This document shows, in pieces, positions 12,414 to 23,877 of a stretch of 64,000 bases of DNA. The stretch is from Laetmonice hystrix (Eukaryota), in the NCBI GenBank assembly GCA_965235115.1, contig OZ249440.1, positions 35,590,001-35,654,000 of the forward strand. The letters run 5' to 3'. The notes under the pieces were generated by a model. The model searched no databases. It saw only the letters and a list, made by a program, of their open reading frames with translations, and was not told where the DNA came from. Numbering within the stretch: the first letter of the stretch is position 1; the number at the start of each line of letters is the position of its first letter. The translations under genes and the position numbers were made by a program.

Positions 12414-12825
12414 ATAGGTTTGTTAAGATACACAAAAAGAAACAGTCAGTCAGGTTAAGCCAGGTATGGCAACCCATTTTAGCTAACCATAGATATGATT
12501 GCATTATTTGACTATCTTGGTAGTAGGGTGTATAATACAGCGTGCAGATAGTAATACCAACCATCATAATGAACGATAGCAAAGAAAAAAAACGAACAAC
12601 AAAGGGAAAAGAGTTGTGTCCATGAATAAGAATTGCGGATACGGATTGGATCATGACGGTCCAGAAAAAAGAAAAATACAAACTAAAGGTCGAATGGACC
12701 CTGATTGTGGTAATAAGAATAATAATAATAGTAATATATTGCTATCAATAGACTACTGTGTAGTAAGATAGTAGAGGTTGAGGACAAAAGTGACCAACAC
12801 ATGTAGGTGTGACGAAAGGTCTAAC

Positions 12826-13650
12826 TCACGGAGTCACTAGTGATCGCGCATGTTGGCTTAAGTCATGTTCATTACAGATACGGATGACTTTGCCCGAGTA
12901 GTCAGTAATTAGGACACGACCGTCTGTCGACCAGCAACCGTTGATCTTTTTTTCTTTTTTCATTATCCTTGCTTTGTAGAGAAGATGCGCCCTCTGCTTG
13001 GTCAGGTCTTCATTTATGTATATACGGGTTCCTTCCCACTGATCCCGCTCCTGGCGTTCCGCCCCATCATGGGCAGGAGTCGTAGGTGCTTGCCCGAGTA
13101 TCTCACAGAGTTGCCATGGATTTGACGCCCTGCGGCCCCCGGGTCTCAGTGTTGTTCTCATCTTGTATACCCTTGCCCGTACACGATAGGTGGCAAACTT
13201 GACGATGACCTGGCGATGCTTCCCTTCTACTTTGGGCCCAGTCCTATGCGCACGGTCAATGTCCATCACTTGTATGGGAGGAGAAATCTCCATTCTACGG
13301 TTGAAGAGACCGAGTACAAGTTCAGTTGTGTCCTCAGTGTTGCCCTCAGGGAGCCCAGAGATCCTTAGACTATTTAGTCTAGAGTATTGTTCTAGGGCTT
13401 CGACATCCTCCTTGCCCTCTTTTAAGGTGGTCACTTCCTTTTTCAGGTCCTTCACCTCGGTTTCCAAGAGCTTAATTTTCTTATCTTTTTCTGCCACTAT
13501 TTTCTTGATTTCACTTATTTCTTTTTTTAGGTCTCCTAACACCAGGGTTTTGATTTTAGCAGCAACCGCCTCATCATCGAGAGCCGCCTTGAAACCTTTA
13601 ACAAATTCCTGAATATTTTCATCTTCAGGTGGTAGGGTTTTCCTAGGCAT
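12826..13650 (-). CDS. LINE ORF1 (coiled coil plus RRM/CTD-like RNA-binding protein)
   Basis: Coiled coil followed by LEQYSR.NSLRISGLPE, IDRAHR, IVKF and IYINEDLT. Confidence 0.9.
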   Translation of the reverse strand: MPRKTLPPEDENIQEFVKGFKAALDDEAVAAKIKTLVLGDLKKEISEIKKIVAEKDKKIKLLETEVKDLKKEVTTLKEGKEDVEALEQYSRLNSLRISGLPEGNTEDTTELVLGLFNRRMEISPPIQVMDIDRAHRTGPKVEGKHRQVIVKFATYRVRARVYKMRTTLRPGGRRASNPWQLCEILGQAPTTPAHDGAERQERDQWEGTRIYINEDLTKQRAHLLYKARIMKKEKKINGCWSTDGRVLITDYSGKVIRICNEHDLSQHARSLVTP

Positions 13651-14594
13651 GATTGATCACGGGGGTCCTGATATGTATGTTCGATAGACGTCAGTGCAGT
13701 CAGCAGGACCAAAACAAATTATCGGCTTCAAGGCATGTGTCACACACACGGCTTCATAACTGGAACAATCCGTATCCACAGACCTTCATGGTTCAGTGCA
13801 TTCGCCTGTACCTGTTCAGTCAAGGTATCATAGTCAGTCCTACCTGCAGGGGCCTGGTTATTTATATCACGCTCGGAAAGCGTTCAGGTATAAGCTCCAA
13901 TGTTCATCAAATTCTGCAAAGTTCCAGATTCTGGCGGCAACGTTCAATCACTAGTAGAATCCACGGTGTAAGAGTAATCCTCTGTCCAAAGTATGTAGTC
14001 ATATATATCGTCCTTGCACGTAAAATTGGGATTATGTTATGCCAGCCATTTGATCCCACACCGCACACCACACCACCACGGGTCTCTCGACACTCTAAGA
14101 TCTAAGATCTACGGTTTTGCGTTAGAAAGCACTGGGCTCGCAGGAGTGTTGGAGAAGGGGTCCAAATGCATGAGACTTGGCAGGTCTGCTTTACGCACAA
14201 AAAAGAAAAATTACAAGCAAGGCATGGGTGAATAAATCTTCATTCCTGGCCTCATATCCTATTAATTTTCTACACACTGTAAGTTGGTGAATTATTGATG
14301 AGGTCAGATATAGCTATACTCTACATAGGCCTACATCAATTATGAAAGATTAGGCCTACATCAATTATGAAAGATTGACATCTTCTTATAAAGTCACCAG
14401 GGATTAAAAGGTATCAAGGACCGGCGAATTATAAGTAGGCCATGACATCAGATGTATGGGTAATCTTTATAAACCTTGACTGAGTTTTCCCACACTGCTC
14501 CTGGCCTACATGGTCGACACTGCCGTTGCTGGTCCTGTATGGTGGCGGAGGCCCGGTGTGACAGTCATCTACCTACCTGTAAACCAGAGATGGG

Positions 14595-15434
14595 ATAATC
14601 TCAGGGCAAAGCTCCATTTCTCGGCAGAGGCCCGGGCCCTGCTTCTTGCCCTTCAAAATATTGAAGTTTCTAATGAAAAGGACTTCCTCATTTTCTCGGA
14701 TTCCTTATCCTGTCTGCAAGCACTCGCTAACTTGAACACAGATCACCCAGTGATCGTCCAAATCTTGTCCAAGTTGGCAGTGCTTGCCAAAGCAAACTTT
14801 GATATTCACTTTTGTTGGGTGCCTGGTCATGTTGGCATCCTGGGCAATGAGCAAGCTGACAGAACTGCCAAAAGGGCTCTTGAAACAGACGTCGAACTGT
14901 GTCCAATCCCAGCCTCTGATCTCAGACCTACCATCTGGGCTTACGTTAGGAACAAATGGCAGGCAGAATGGGATGAACAAACAATAAATTGTATCAGATC
15001 AGTCCCGTCGTGAACCAAAGGTGTCGTGATGGCCTAACCCAACGTAGGCATGAAATTGTTTATACTCGATGCAGGATTGGTCATTCTAGATTAACCCACG
15101 TGTTTTTATTGAAGGGGGAGCCACCTCCAGAATGTCATGGCTGTCAGTGTTCTTTGACACTTTAACATCTTTTACTTGAGTGTGGTGATTTTACTCTGAT
15201 CAGACAGCGGTTTTATAATGAGACAAGTCTTAAGGATCTTTTTAGCAATGTCAGACCAGGAATGATTTTAGAGTTTTTGTCAGAGACTGGACTTTTGATT
15301 CTGTTTAGGTGGTGTTTCGGTTGGGACCCAGGATAAAATAGGTTCCTTTGGTTTTATGGTCTTTTAACTATGTTTTCACCGTGAAGATGGCCCCAGATGC
15401 CGACACGCCGCAAAACCACCAATACTCACTCACT
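14595..15434 (+). mobile_element. 5'-truncated I-group LINE copy (RNase H to tail), degenerate
   Basis: AEARALL...FSDS...WVPGHVGILGNEQAD, with frameshifts and the tail actcactcactc. Confidence 0.9.
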
Positions 15435-16453
15435 CGGCCCTCTAGCTCCCGAATCCAGCCTTGTCTTACCTCGATCGCCTACCAGTGGTACGTGCCTACG
15501 TCTCTCAGTTCCAGCTGGTGTAGTTCTTCCCGCGTATTGAGGCTTTGTCTGGCCGTGAAGTAGTTATGCAGGTCACGGGCGTATGACAGCCACTGAACTA
15601 GGTTTGTCAGCTGGTGCTGTACCTGGACCAGTTGTGACCTGCGTCCCTCACGGTCAACTGGTACTGGCCGAGAGCTAAGCGATGGTATGGCCGGCTCTTG
15701 GGGGGAGGGTGGGCCGTCGGGCCGTCCCCATTCTAAGTGTGTGCCGCTACCGCTGCTGCTCCTGGCTCCTGGCCTTGCTGTGCAGGGTGCTGCCCAGCCT
15801 GATTAATGGTACGTCTGTCTGCGGGGCCTCTGTCTCGACCCCCCTCTCTCGTTGACCCCGCCGCCCAGGCCTGGACCTGCGCAGTAATCTGCTGTGGTCC
15901 ATCCTTCTCTGGCAACTAGGGCCGGAGTCATGGTGATGACCGGGTGGGCCACCGGCTCGGCCTTCCCTATGACTTGAGTGGGCCCTGTCAGCTTGATGGG
16001 ACCTGGTGAGCATGTCCCAGTCATTCGACGGTTGGCTCTGCCCTCCCTGGGGCTGCGTGGCTTCGGGGGTTAGTTGGCCTACCCCGACAGCGGTACCTTC
16101 TCCATCAAAATGGTTGCCTGCGTAAATCTCGATTCCTTCCATTCTCAGGAAGATTTTCAAGTGTCAGAACAATGTTTACCACCTCCCATTTAATACCGGG
16201 ACTCGATGCTTTTTAATTAGTGAGTCCCCCCTTGCCGGCTCAGAATAAAAGGGATTAAGCTGTGCCCCATATGACACGCTATGACCACTTTTATTTATCT
16301 CTTTCTCTTTTCCTCTGAAGAAAACAACATTAACTGTTTTGGACTCTTTGGCTGTTATCTGCCGTCCATTTCTGAAAAGGGGGATCTGCCGTCCATTTTT
16401 GAAAAGGGGGGGGGCTTGTTCGCCCCTGTTGACCCCGGGGGGGGAACGTCCAA

Positions 16454-16762
16454 ACAAATTGTATCAGATCAGTCCCGTCGTAAACCAAAGGTATCATCAC
16501 GGCCTAACCCAATGTAGGCATGAAATTGTTTTTACTTGATGCAGGATTGGTCATTCTAGATTAACCCACGTGTTTTTATTGAAGGGGGAGCCACTTCCAG
16601 AATGGCATGGCTGTCAGTGTCCTTTGACACTGAAGCATTTATGCTCAAGTGTGGGACCCGGGATAAAATAGGTTCCTTTGGTTTTATGGTCTTATAACTC
16701 TGTTTTTGCCATGAAGATGGCCCCAGATGCCGACACGGCGCAAAACCACCACTACTTACTCA
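16454..16762 (+). mobile_element. Internally deleted I-group LINE 3' fragment
   Basis: NKLYQISP...; the sequence jumps from the CCHC region to the 3'UTR and tail. Confidence 0.85.
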
Positions 16763-18045
16763 CGCCAGGAGCGTTTATTTGCGCACCACTACATAGGCCT
16801 CTAAAAGGGAGGTGTCATTAAACATAACTGGACACGACATCTCCTCTCTTCTTTTTTAAAGGGGAGAGTACCTTGAACATAGTATGAATGATATATCCAT
16901 ATACACGTCTGTTCTGATCTAACGCACTTAGTCGTAATTAGTAAGTAATTAGGTGGGCGCCTGTCTCTGACGAGCCTACCATGCTCTGGGAGCAGAACCC
17001 TCGGTGGGAGTACCTCATCCTGACGCCTGGTAACCAAATCAGAATCAAAATTACCTGTTGAACTTGCCCCTGAACTTACAGAACCCTGGCACAAGGCAAG
17101 TCTTCTTCCATGTTTGAGAGTTAGACAATAAGTACGTATAGGGTCGAACCTTTTGAGAGATGCAGAGAATTTACTCGAATGTGGTGATTTTACTCTCATC
17201 AGACAAAGGTTCTTGTCAGAGGCTGGACTTCTGACTCTTTTATAGATGTTGTGGGGGATGAATATCAAAACCAATTGCTAGCTGGACTGCCGAGACACGT
17301 TTATTTCTTAGGAAGGCCTATCTTGCTTCACAGACTGCGGTCGGCCTTGTAACGTAAGTTGCATTTGCGTACATGTAGTTGTAAACGGTTGTTAACGGTT
17401 CGACCTGCGTGAGAAAGAACAGGAAGCCACCATTAGCACTCTCATATAGCGTTATTACTGGAAAACATTTCTCTTAACTTGGGTAGCTGTCTAAATATGA
17501 TATACCGAAGACCTATTCCGATACACTGACATAAAAAACTAATAATAAAGGTTCTAGTATTACTTACAAAACATCCGCAAACATTTGTAACTGTGCTTTT
17601 TTCGATTCATCCACCCACGCCGTCTGTCTGTTTGTCCCTGCTCGAGATGAAATATATGGACGGCTAAACTCTAGTGTAAGCGTCACAACAGGGGAACGTA
17701 GCGCCCTCTGTCGCTACCAAATCCTGGCCCCTACTATGCGGCACAAAAGCACCACTACTCACTCGCAGGAGGAAGGTCACCACTGGCGCCCCCTGCAGTT
17801 TGGCAGACAAAACAGCATTGTTCAGTACTTTGTTAAAACGTTCCACTTCGCTGTTACCTTGAGGGTCGTACACAGAACTAGTGGTATGCTTGATACCTCG
17901 ATCAGACAGAAATGACTGAAACTCATGCGACATAAATTGAGCCCCATGATCTGTGTCAATCTCTTCCGGGTAACCTTTGCGGCTTAAGATAGCTTTCAGA
18001 AAGTCAATTGCATCCGCAGTGGTCGCAGTTGTTGTAAAGGCAAGA
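16763..18045 (-). mobile_element. Gypsy LTR retrotransposon remnant (integrase core, C-terminus, PPT, start of 3' LTR), fragmented
   Basis: GYPEEIDTDHGAQFMS...PQGNSEVERFN at 17765-18045; RDRRPPNYL; polypurine tract at 16840-16857 followed by TG at 16839; LINE fragments at about 17168-17250 and 17736-17764 lie inside. Confidence 0.7.
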
Positions 18046-18089
18046 ACAACCCGTGTAGGTCTGATAGGCCATTTCAGAGGCCTATATCC

Positions 18090-18130
18090 TGGGTGACCGC
18101 CTGGGAATACTGGGTGCAGTAGACATTTTT
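18090..18130 (+). pseudogene. Partial 5S rRNA (3' third)
   Basis: tgggtgaccgcctgggaatactgggtgcagtagacattttt is identical to the end of the 5S copy 347 bp downstream. Confidence 0.85.
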
Positions 18131-18353
18131 CCTTCTTTTTTTGCGGGGGGGGGGGGGGGAGAGACTAAGCAGGAACACTTCAGGAAGCTTGCAGTTGGGT
18201 CAATCTTTACTATTGTCTCTCTCCTTTTATCTTTCCACGTCAGGAACAGAGCTACAAAGTCAGGTCCAATGAAATCTTGCATTCATTATCCACAAGAAAC
18301 CTGGCATAAGCAATTCCCATATCATTAAATGTTGGCCCTGGAAGTTTTATTGT

Positions 18354-18473
18354 GTCTACGGCCATATCACATTGAAAGCACCGGTTCTCGTCTGATCACC
18401 GAAGTTAATTAGTGTTGAGCCCAGTTAGTACTTGGATGGGTGACCGCCTGGGAATACTGGGTGCAGTAGACAT
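18354..18473 (+). rRNA. 5S rRNA gene, probably pseudogenised
   Basis: About 120 nt, GTCTACGGCCATATCAC...GTACTTGGATGGGTGACCGCCTGGGAATAC...GTAGACA, then a T-run terminator; box A reads AGTTAATT instead of AGTTAAGC. Confidence 0.9.
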
Positions 18474-18791
18474 TTTTCGTTCTTTTTTTGCGGGGGGAAC
18501 TAATCAGGACCACTTCAGGAGGCTTGCAGTTTGTGTTAATGTGCGAATAATGCACTTTAGTCTGTTTGCTCTAAGAAGAGCTCGGTCTCCCTCCTCCCGC
18601 CTACGCACAGCTTGCGTATCACAAGTTGTGACCGCCTGTCACTCAAGAATGTGATCAAATTTCACGTGGTTCTGTATTACCACAAATAAAGTAACAGCTT
18701 TAATGAGGCCGAGGTTGAGCTATAAGTTAGGTTACTATCTCTGCTATTCATGCTAAAAATTTCAAGAAGGCGTTCCCCCCTTAACCCTGAA

Positions 18792-18953
18792 AGGTTTGTC
18801 AGACAGTTCCTTCCCAAAGGTCGGTGGTTTCCTCCGGGCACTCCGGTTTCCTCCACCAAGAAAAACTGACTTTCATCATCATCTTCACCGCCGCCGTGAC
18901 ATGACCCTGGCTGTTGCAAGGCGTAAAACCCCAAATACCCTACCCCCTTAACC
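18792..18953 (+). mobile_element. SINE 3' part (V-domain-like core plus LINE-derived tail)
   Basis: ggtttcctccgggcactccggtttcctcc core; catgaccctggctgttgcaaggcgtaaaaccc tail. Confidence 0.7.
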
Positions 18954-19239
18954 CTCTATGTGCTAAAACGTTCACTCTAAACATGCCATCAAAACATGTG
19001 GTCACTACAGTGCTGCCACCTGCCAGCTGAGCCACCTATTAGAGAATTGGAGAACTAACCTTTGTCTTTCTTGATGAAGTGGAGTGTGATGAGGAACGAG
19101 TGGAACATAAATAGCAGAGATACAGAGGCATTTTGATTAAAATCGTTCGTAAAACATGTCTCCCTGCCCTTGCATCGGCCACCCTAATATGTACAACACT
19201 GAACTGTGAAAATATTTACTCTACCATCAGTGTACATAC

Positions 19240-20345
19240 CCGTGCAACGGTACCCCTTATTGATACGCGTCGCTTCTGAGGACTAACAAGGATATCTGGT
19301 ATAGAAACCACCTCAGGTGTCCGGTATTCACTGATAACTTTCCAGTCAACTTGAAATGCAGCTGCACAGATAACCTGAAAAAAAACAGGGAAATATGAAT
19401 ATGCCGTCGTTTTGTAAGGGCCAGTTCAAACCTGATTCACAGTCAGAATACTACTCTTTAATCTCCCAATGCTTTAAAGGAAAATGGAAAGAGACCTAGA
19501 AATAGTTTTGGGAAAAATCATAAAGATCCAGGAAACCTGCAGAAATTATGGAAACCTGATAGCACAGGAACCATGTACATTATTTAATGGAAACCTAATA
19601 GCACAGGAACCATGTATTATAATATTATGGAAACCTGATAGCACAGGCATCATGTATTATTTAATGGAAACCTGATAGCACAGGAACCATGTATTATAAT
19701 GCATCTACTGTCATCTTTTATCCCCAGAACTTCCCGGGCCTAGACTGCCCCTCGGCCCTCGCCTTTAGTTCTAGGATAATGTAAACCCCATGCAAAATTA
19801 CTTCCGCCGTGCCTGCATGCACTAAGCATGCACTAAGCGTCCGCATAACACAGAGGCATGCCGTGCAAAGAGCGTTAGACAGTGTGCAGAGAGACGTTTA
19901 TAAAACATGCACTGACCATGTTAAGAAAGGTTCATAGAGTGGTACAGAGTACTAACATTAACACCCAACAAATACACCCAGTTTTCCACGTTGTTTCAAC
20001 ATTAATACCCAAGGTCATTTCAACTTTGTTTCAATGTTATTTGCCTGCTAGGTATGGAGTAAAGTCTTAATTAATTTTACAAACCTCTGTTTGACCAGTC
20101 GACTTCACAGTACTCTTAAACACTTCCACCTTTGTTAGCACTTCCACGTTTGTTAGCAACACGAACATGTCCTTCTCCAGTTTGTCCGCTAACTTTTTCT
20201 CTGAAAGAATAACGCTCGTAATTTTTTGACTGTCCATCAGGACCAGTTTCCCAACGTACGATACCACACCGTCAACTCCCTTCAACCGTAAATTCTTCCT
20301 CTCGGTTGGCCCGACCACCACGTACGCCCTGACCATAGCAGCCAT
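19240..20345 (-). pseudogene. Two-exon ORF fragment, possibly an OB-fold (RPA-like) TE accessory protein
   Basis: Exon 20345-20085 splices in phase 0 (GT-AG) to exon 19374-19240 (VICAAAFQVD...SPQKRRVSIRGTVAR). The fold call is inference. Confidence 0.45.
19547..19700. repeat. Minisatellite, four units of about 37-40 bp
   Basis: Repeats of atggaaacctgatagcacaggaaccatgta... Confidence 0.9.
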
Positions 20346-20484
20346 ACTGATGTCTGTCAGGCTTCAGTTGTTCTTCTGGTTATATATTATGTGTATACTA
20401 TACTATGATCAACCAGATCTACATGTACATCGTCTATAAGTGGTTCTAACTGTTATACATGTTCTATAACCTGCAGACTACGCT

Positions 20485-21987
20485 TCAATCATGTCCGTAA
20501 TATTTGGGAGGTCTGACTGTACGACCTGATCTGGTGGTATTGGTGGGGCCACTATTACTCCCGTTGGTTGTATGTTCTCCACTCTGCTCGTTGGTGGGTG
20601 CTGGAGGGTTTGGTTGTGGCTCTGTTTCCAGATACTCGTCATCTGGTACTTCCATAGATGTGAACGTTTCACTAGTTGGTCTCTCTGTCTCGGCCATGTA
20701 GGATCTTGGTTCTGTCAGACGTTGTTGTATTTGAGCAGGTTCCCATTTTCTTCTAGTTGGGTCTTGGATTCTCACGCTTTGACCTGGCTGTAACTCGGGT
20801 AGCCACTTGCTGTGTAGGTTATACTCGGCATGATGTCTTTCGCGGCTTTCTCTGACTTTCTTCCCATATCGCCCCTTTTTCTTGGTTGACGATCGCTGGG
20901 AGGTTAGACTTGACCTTCCGCCCAAATAACAGCTCCGCTGGTGATGATACACCTGGATATAGGGGTGTCGTTCTCACACAATAGAGCGAGTTCTGGGTCT
21001 TGTCCTGATTCTATTGCCTTCATCAGTGTCCTTTTCACAACTCCCACGTGGCGTTCCGCCTTTCCATTAGATTGGGGATAGTGGGGGCTACTTGTCGTGT
21101 GTTTGAATCCATACTGTTTTGTGAATGTTTTGAAATCGTCACTGGTATACTGTGGTCCGTTGTCAGTAACTTCTGACTCTTTTATAGATGTGTTTTGCTG
21201 GTGTTCCCGTTGGGACCCCGCCATTATGGGCCTCGTTGCTTGTGCCTTCGGCCAGGCTTGACCCCACCGGTTCAAGGGTTAGAGTGCAAGGTCGCTGGGT
21301 GGGGATAAGCCTCGGGTTGACGAGTGCGCGCCAGTTGACCGGTACGAAGATCTGAGAGTGAGTTCGTTGACTGTACGGTACACGCTATTAAAGTCCTTCC
21401 AACAGGATTACTGGATTTAACATTCACTTTGTCGCCCGGGATAAAATAGGTTCCTTTGGTTTTATGGTTTTATAACTCTGTTTTCGCCGTGAAGATGGCC
21501 CCAGATGCCGACATGGCGCAAAACCACCACTACTCACTCACTCACTCAGTAACATGAATGGCGGGAATGCCATACTCTGACATCACCGACCTGATGTTAT
21601 CGATGACACAACTTGACCTTGTCGAGGTCAGTCTCCGGATTACGGGAAATGAGCTGTAGTAATCTACCAGTAGTACATAGTTGTGATTGGACGAATAGGT
21701 CAGTTCCCACAACTTCCCATGGTCTCTGGGCTTCAATGCTAATGATCGGTTCTTTTTGTTGAGCGACCTGGTTACGCTGGCATACGTCACGCGTACCATG
21801 TTCTCAATGTCCACATTTATTTTGCTCCAGAACACTGCGTCTCTGGCTCTGAGTTTGCACTTTTCAATCCCTTGGTGACCATTGTGAATGTGGTCTAGGA
21901 CTTCCCCTTGCATCTGTTTGGGTATGATGACTTGATCTCCTTTGAAAAGTATACCGTCATACACACTGATTTCGTCTCTGTAGTTCC
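20485..21987 (-). mobile_element. Gypsy integrase region (zinc finger, DDE core, C-terminus), degenerate
   Basis: HNGHQGIEKC, VDYYS, VTDNGPQY, SPHYPQSNGKAER and TRSGRTVRPP; split by a LINE with TSD tcagtaac. Confidence 0.9.
21171..21545 (+). mobile_element. I-group LINE 3' fragment carrying a 216-bp secondary insert
   Basis: 8-bp TSD tcagtaac at 21163-21170 and 21546-21553; the 3'UTR is split at gggaccc|gggataaaa. Confidence 0.9.
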
Positions 21988-22570
21988 AGGGGTGTCTACA
22001 AAAGTAAGACCTAAGACCTAGAAAAGTAAGACCTAGAAAAGTAAGACCCCCTGGGGGCGCCCCTAGCGTCAGTTCGGAGGGCTAGTGGGGTACTGGCAGA
22101 GAACATTTTGACATTCTCTGGCACTGGTCGTCAAAATGCTCGCGAGGGTAGACTCTTCGGGGTAGTGATGTCATCAGGGAATCCCGTCACCGGTAATAGA
22201 AAAATCCAATATTCTCCTTTCATACCCTTCACACCTTTATGGTCCCACCATGCAGTTTTCTTTCTATCTGTTTATTTATTTTTCTGAAATTTTTTTATGT
22301 ATAATTTTGTAATTTAGGTCGTCTGTAAATACTCTTCTGTAGTTTATAATTTCTCTTCCATTTCGATTTTACCCTCATCTATTTCTACTTTTAGCAAGCG
22401 GCTAGGTCTTACTTTTCTAGGTCTTACTTTTCTAGGTCTTACTTTTCTAGACCTAGAAAAGTAAGACCCCCTGGTGGCGCCCCTAGCGTCAGTTTGGAGG
22501 GCTAATGGGGTACTGGCCGTCAAAACGCTCGTGAGATGGGGGTACTGGCCGTCAAAACGCTCGTGAGATG
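21988..22570. mobile_element. Foldback-like non-autonomous element with 15-bp subterminal tandem repeats
   Basis: (agacctagaaaagta)n at about 22000-22048 and inverted at 22402-22449, then a direct re-duplication of the left arm. Confidence 0.6.
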
Positions 22571-22591
22571 GCGCTAACAGCAACTAAGCTA

Positions 22592-22784
22592 CAGTGCCGT
22601 GGATCATGCATAATTTATAATGATTTATTATAACTCTTGCCTTAAATTTAAGTTTTTTTGGAAGGCAAATATTTAACAAATAAATGACCCGTGCAGCGTA
22701 ATATTATGATATCCACCTTTCTTAGCGCTAGACTAATAGGCCATTTTTCTGGTTGCTTCTCTATCCACATGATCCACGGCACTG
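22592..22784. mobile_element. Tc1/mariner-type MITE (193 bp)
   Basis: 17-bp TIR cagtgccgtggatcatg with TA on both sides. Confidence 0.85.
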
Positions 22785-23877
22785 TAAGCGCCATCGTAGT
22801 CCATACTGACTGTTATTAACCCATAAATGGGATCTTGAAATTGCTGAGTTTAGTGTATGCTATTGATTATACTGTACAAATAATAAACAGTAAAGAGCCG
22901 GTTAATTTCTTCATAATTTATTAACTTCTTTATAAACTTGGGACTGTGAAAAAGTGTTCACTATTCAGAGGTGTTCCTTAATCAGGTGTTCACTAACGGA
23001 GGTTTTACTGTAGTGTGTCGATGGGTGGTCAAATATCTAGTCCATCTCTAGTTTCATTTTGAGACTAGTCTCCACTGCTGCTACACGTCGTTTTCTGATG
23101 ATATTCTTGGCCCTTTCTAATAAGTATACAGGGAATGTCCCCTTGGAGGAGGACTGAAAATCTTTGGTCCATACAAAGTTCTCCTCCCCTTCATAAACGA
23201 TGTCCAAAATCTTTCTTTCAATGCCCTTGAGATCTGAAAATTTGAGCATAAATCCATATAATTCATGTATAGGAACATATTAAGTTACTTTAGATTTTAC
23301 ATGCTTGCTAGGCAAGCAAGTTATGAAGACAGAATTAGGCCATAATTTCAATAAATGTAAACTCTTTTTATGAAAGGGATGTTTTCTATCAATGTCCGAA
23401 TTTGACAGCTGACACGAACTACAATAAGAAGGTGTCATTTTAACAATACAAACTTATGTTTACCTGATCACACAATGCTGACTGTAGATGTTAATTTTCC
23501 TGTTCAAATGCTCTTTGTAAAGGATTTCATACATTTTAAACCTTGTCAGAGTAGGCCCACATATCAAACTGCAGAGTGGTGGCGCTCTGGGCCTCCCACA
23601 ACCTGAGCGCCACAATATTTTAAGAATAAACACTGTGCCACACAGCAGAGTCTTTCTAGGTAACTGATTTGGGTAACCTTTCGGTTATGCAAAAAAAAAA
23701 ATAACATAACTGAACTAAGGATTACGAAAGCCAATCTACACGAGAACGGTTTCTGGGTTGTTCAAATTTCACTTAAGATCACCAGGCCTGCATAGAAATT
23801 CTCTTGCTGTGTGCTGAAATGAAACTGTCTTTTACAGTTGACCTACCTTTGACTTCCTTCTCGTCAAGCATGGCGGC

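Larger units (their letters stand above)
8702..14181 (-). mobile_element. Full-length L2/Crack-group (CR1-related) LINE
   Basis: ORF1 and ORF2 present; AATAAA and a (TTGAC)n tail at about 8704-8748; candidate 6-bp TSD aggtct at 8696-8701 and 14182-14187. The 5' end is tentative. Confidence 0.85.

Noticed and set aside
8378..14188. 13-bp inverted match cagacctgccaag flanking the L2-group LINE as a possible hAT TIR pair
   Set aside because: No 8-bp TSD or subterminal motifs; the right copy overlaps the candidate LINE TSD, so chance cannot be excluded.
15435..16450. Possible gag fragment and short TG..CA LTR (about 16173-16326)
   Set aside because: No second LTR, clear PBS or recognisable domain; too weak to call.
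19547..19700. CRISPR-like appearance of regularly spaced repeats (also 37062-37155)
   Set aside because: Units are contiguous with no unique spacers, there are no cas genes and the context is eukaryotic; these are minisatellites.
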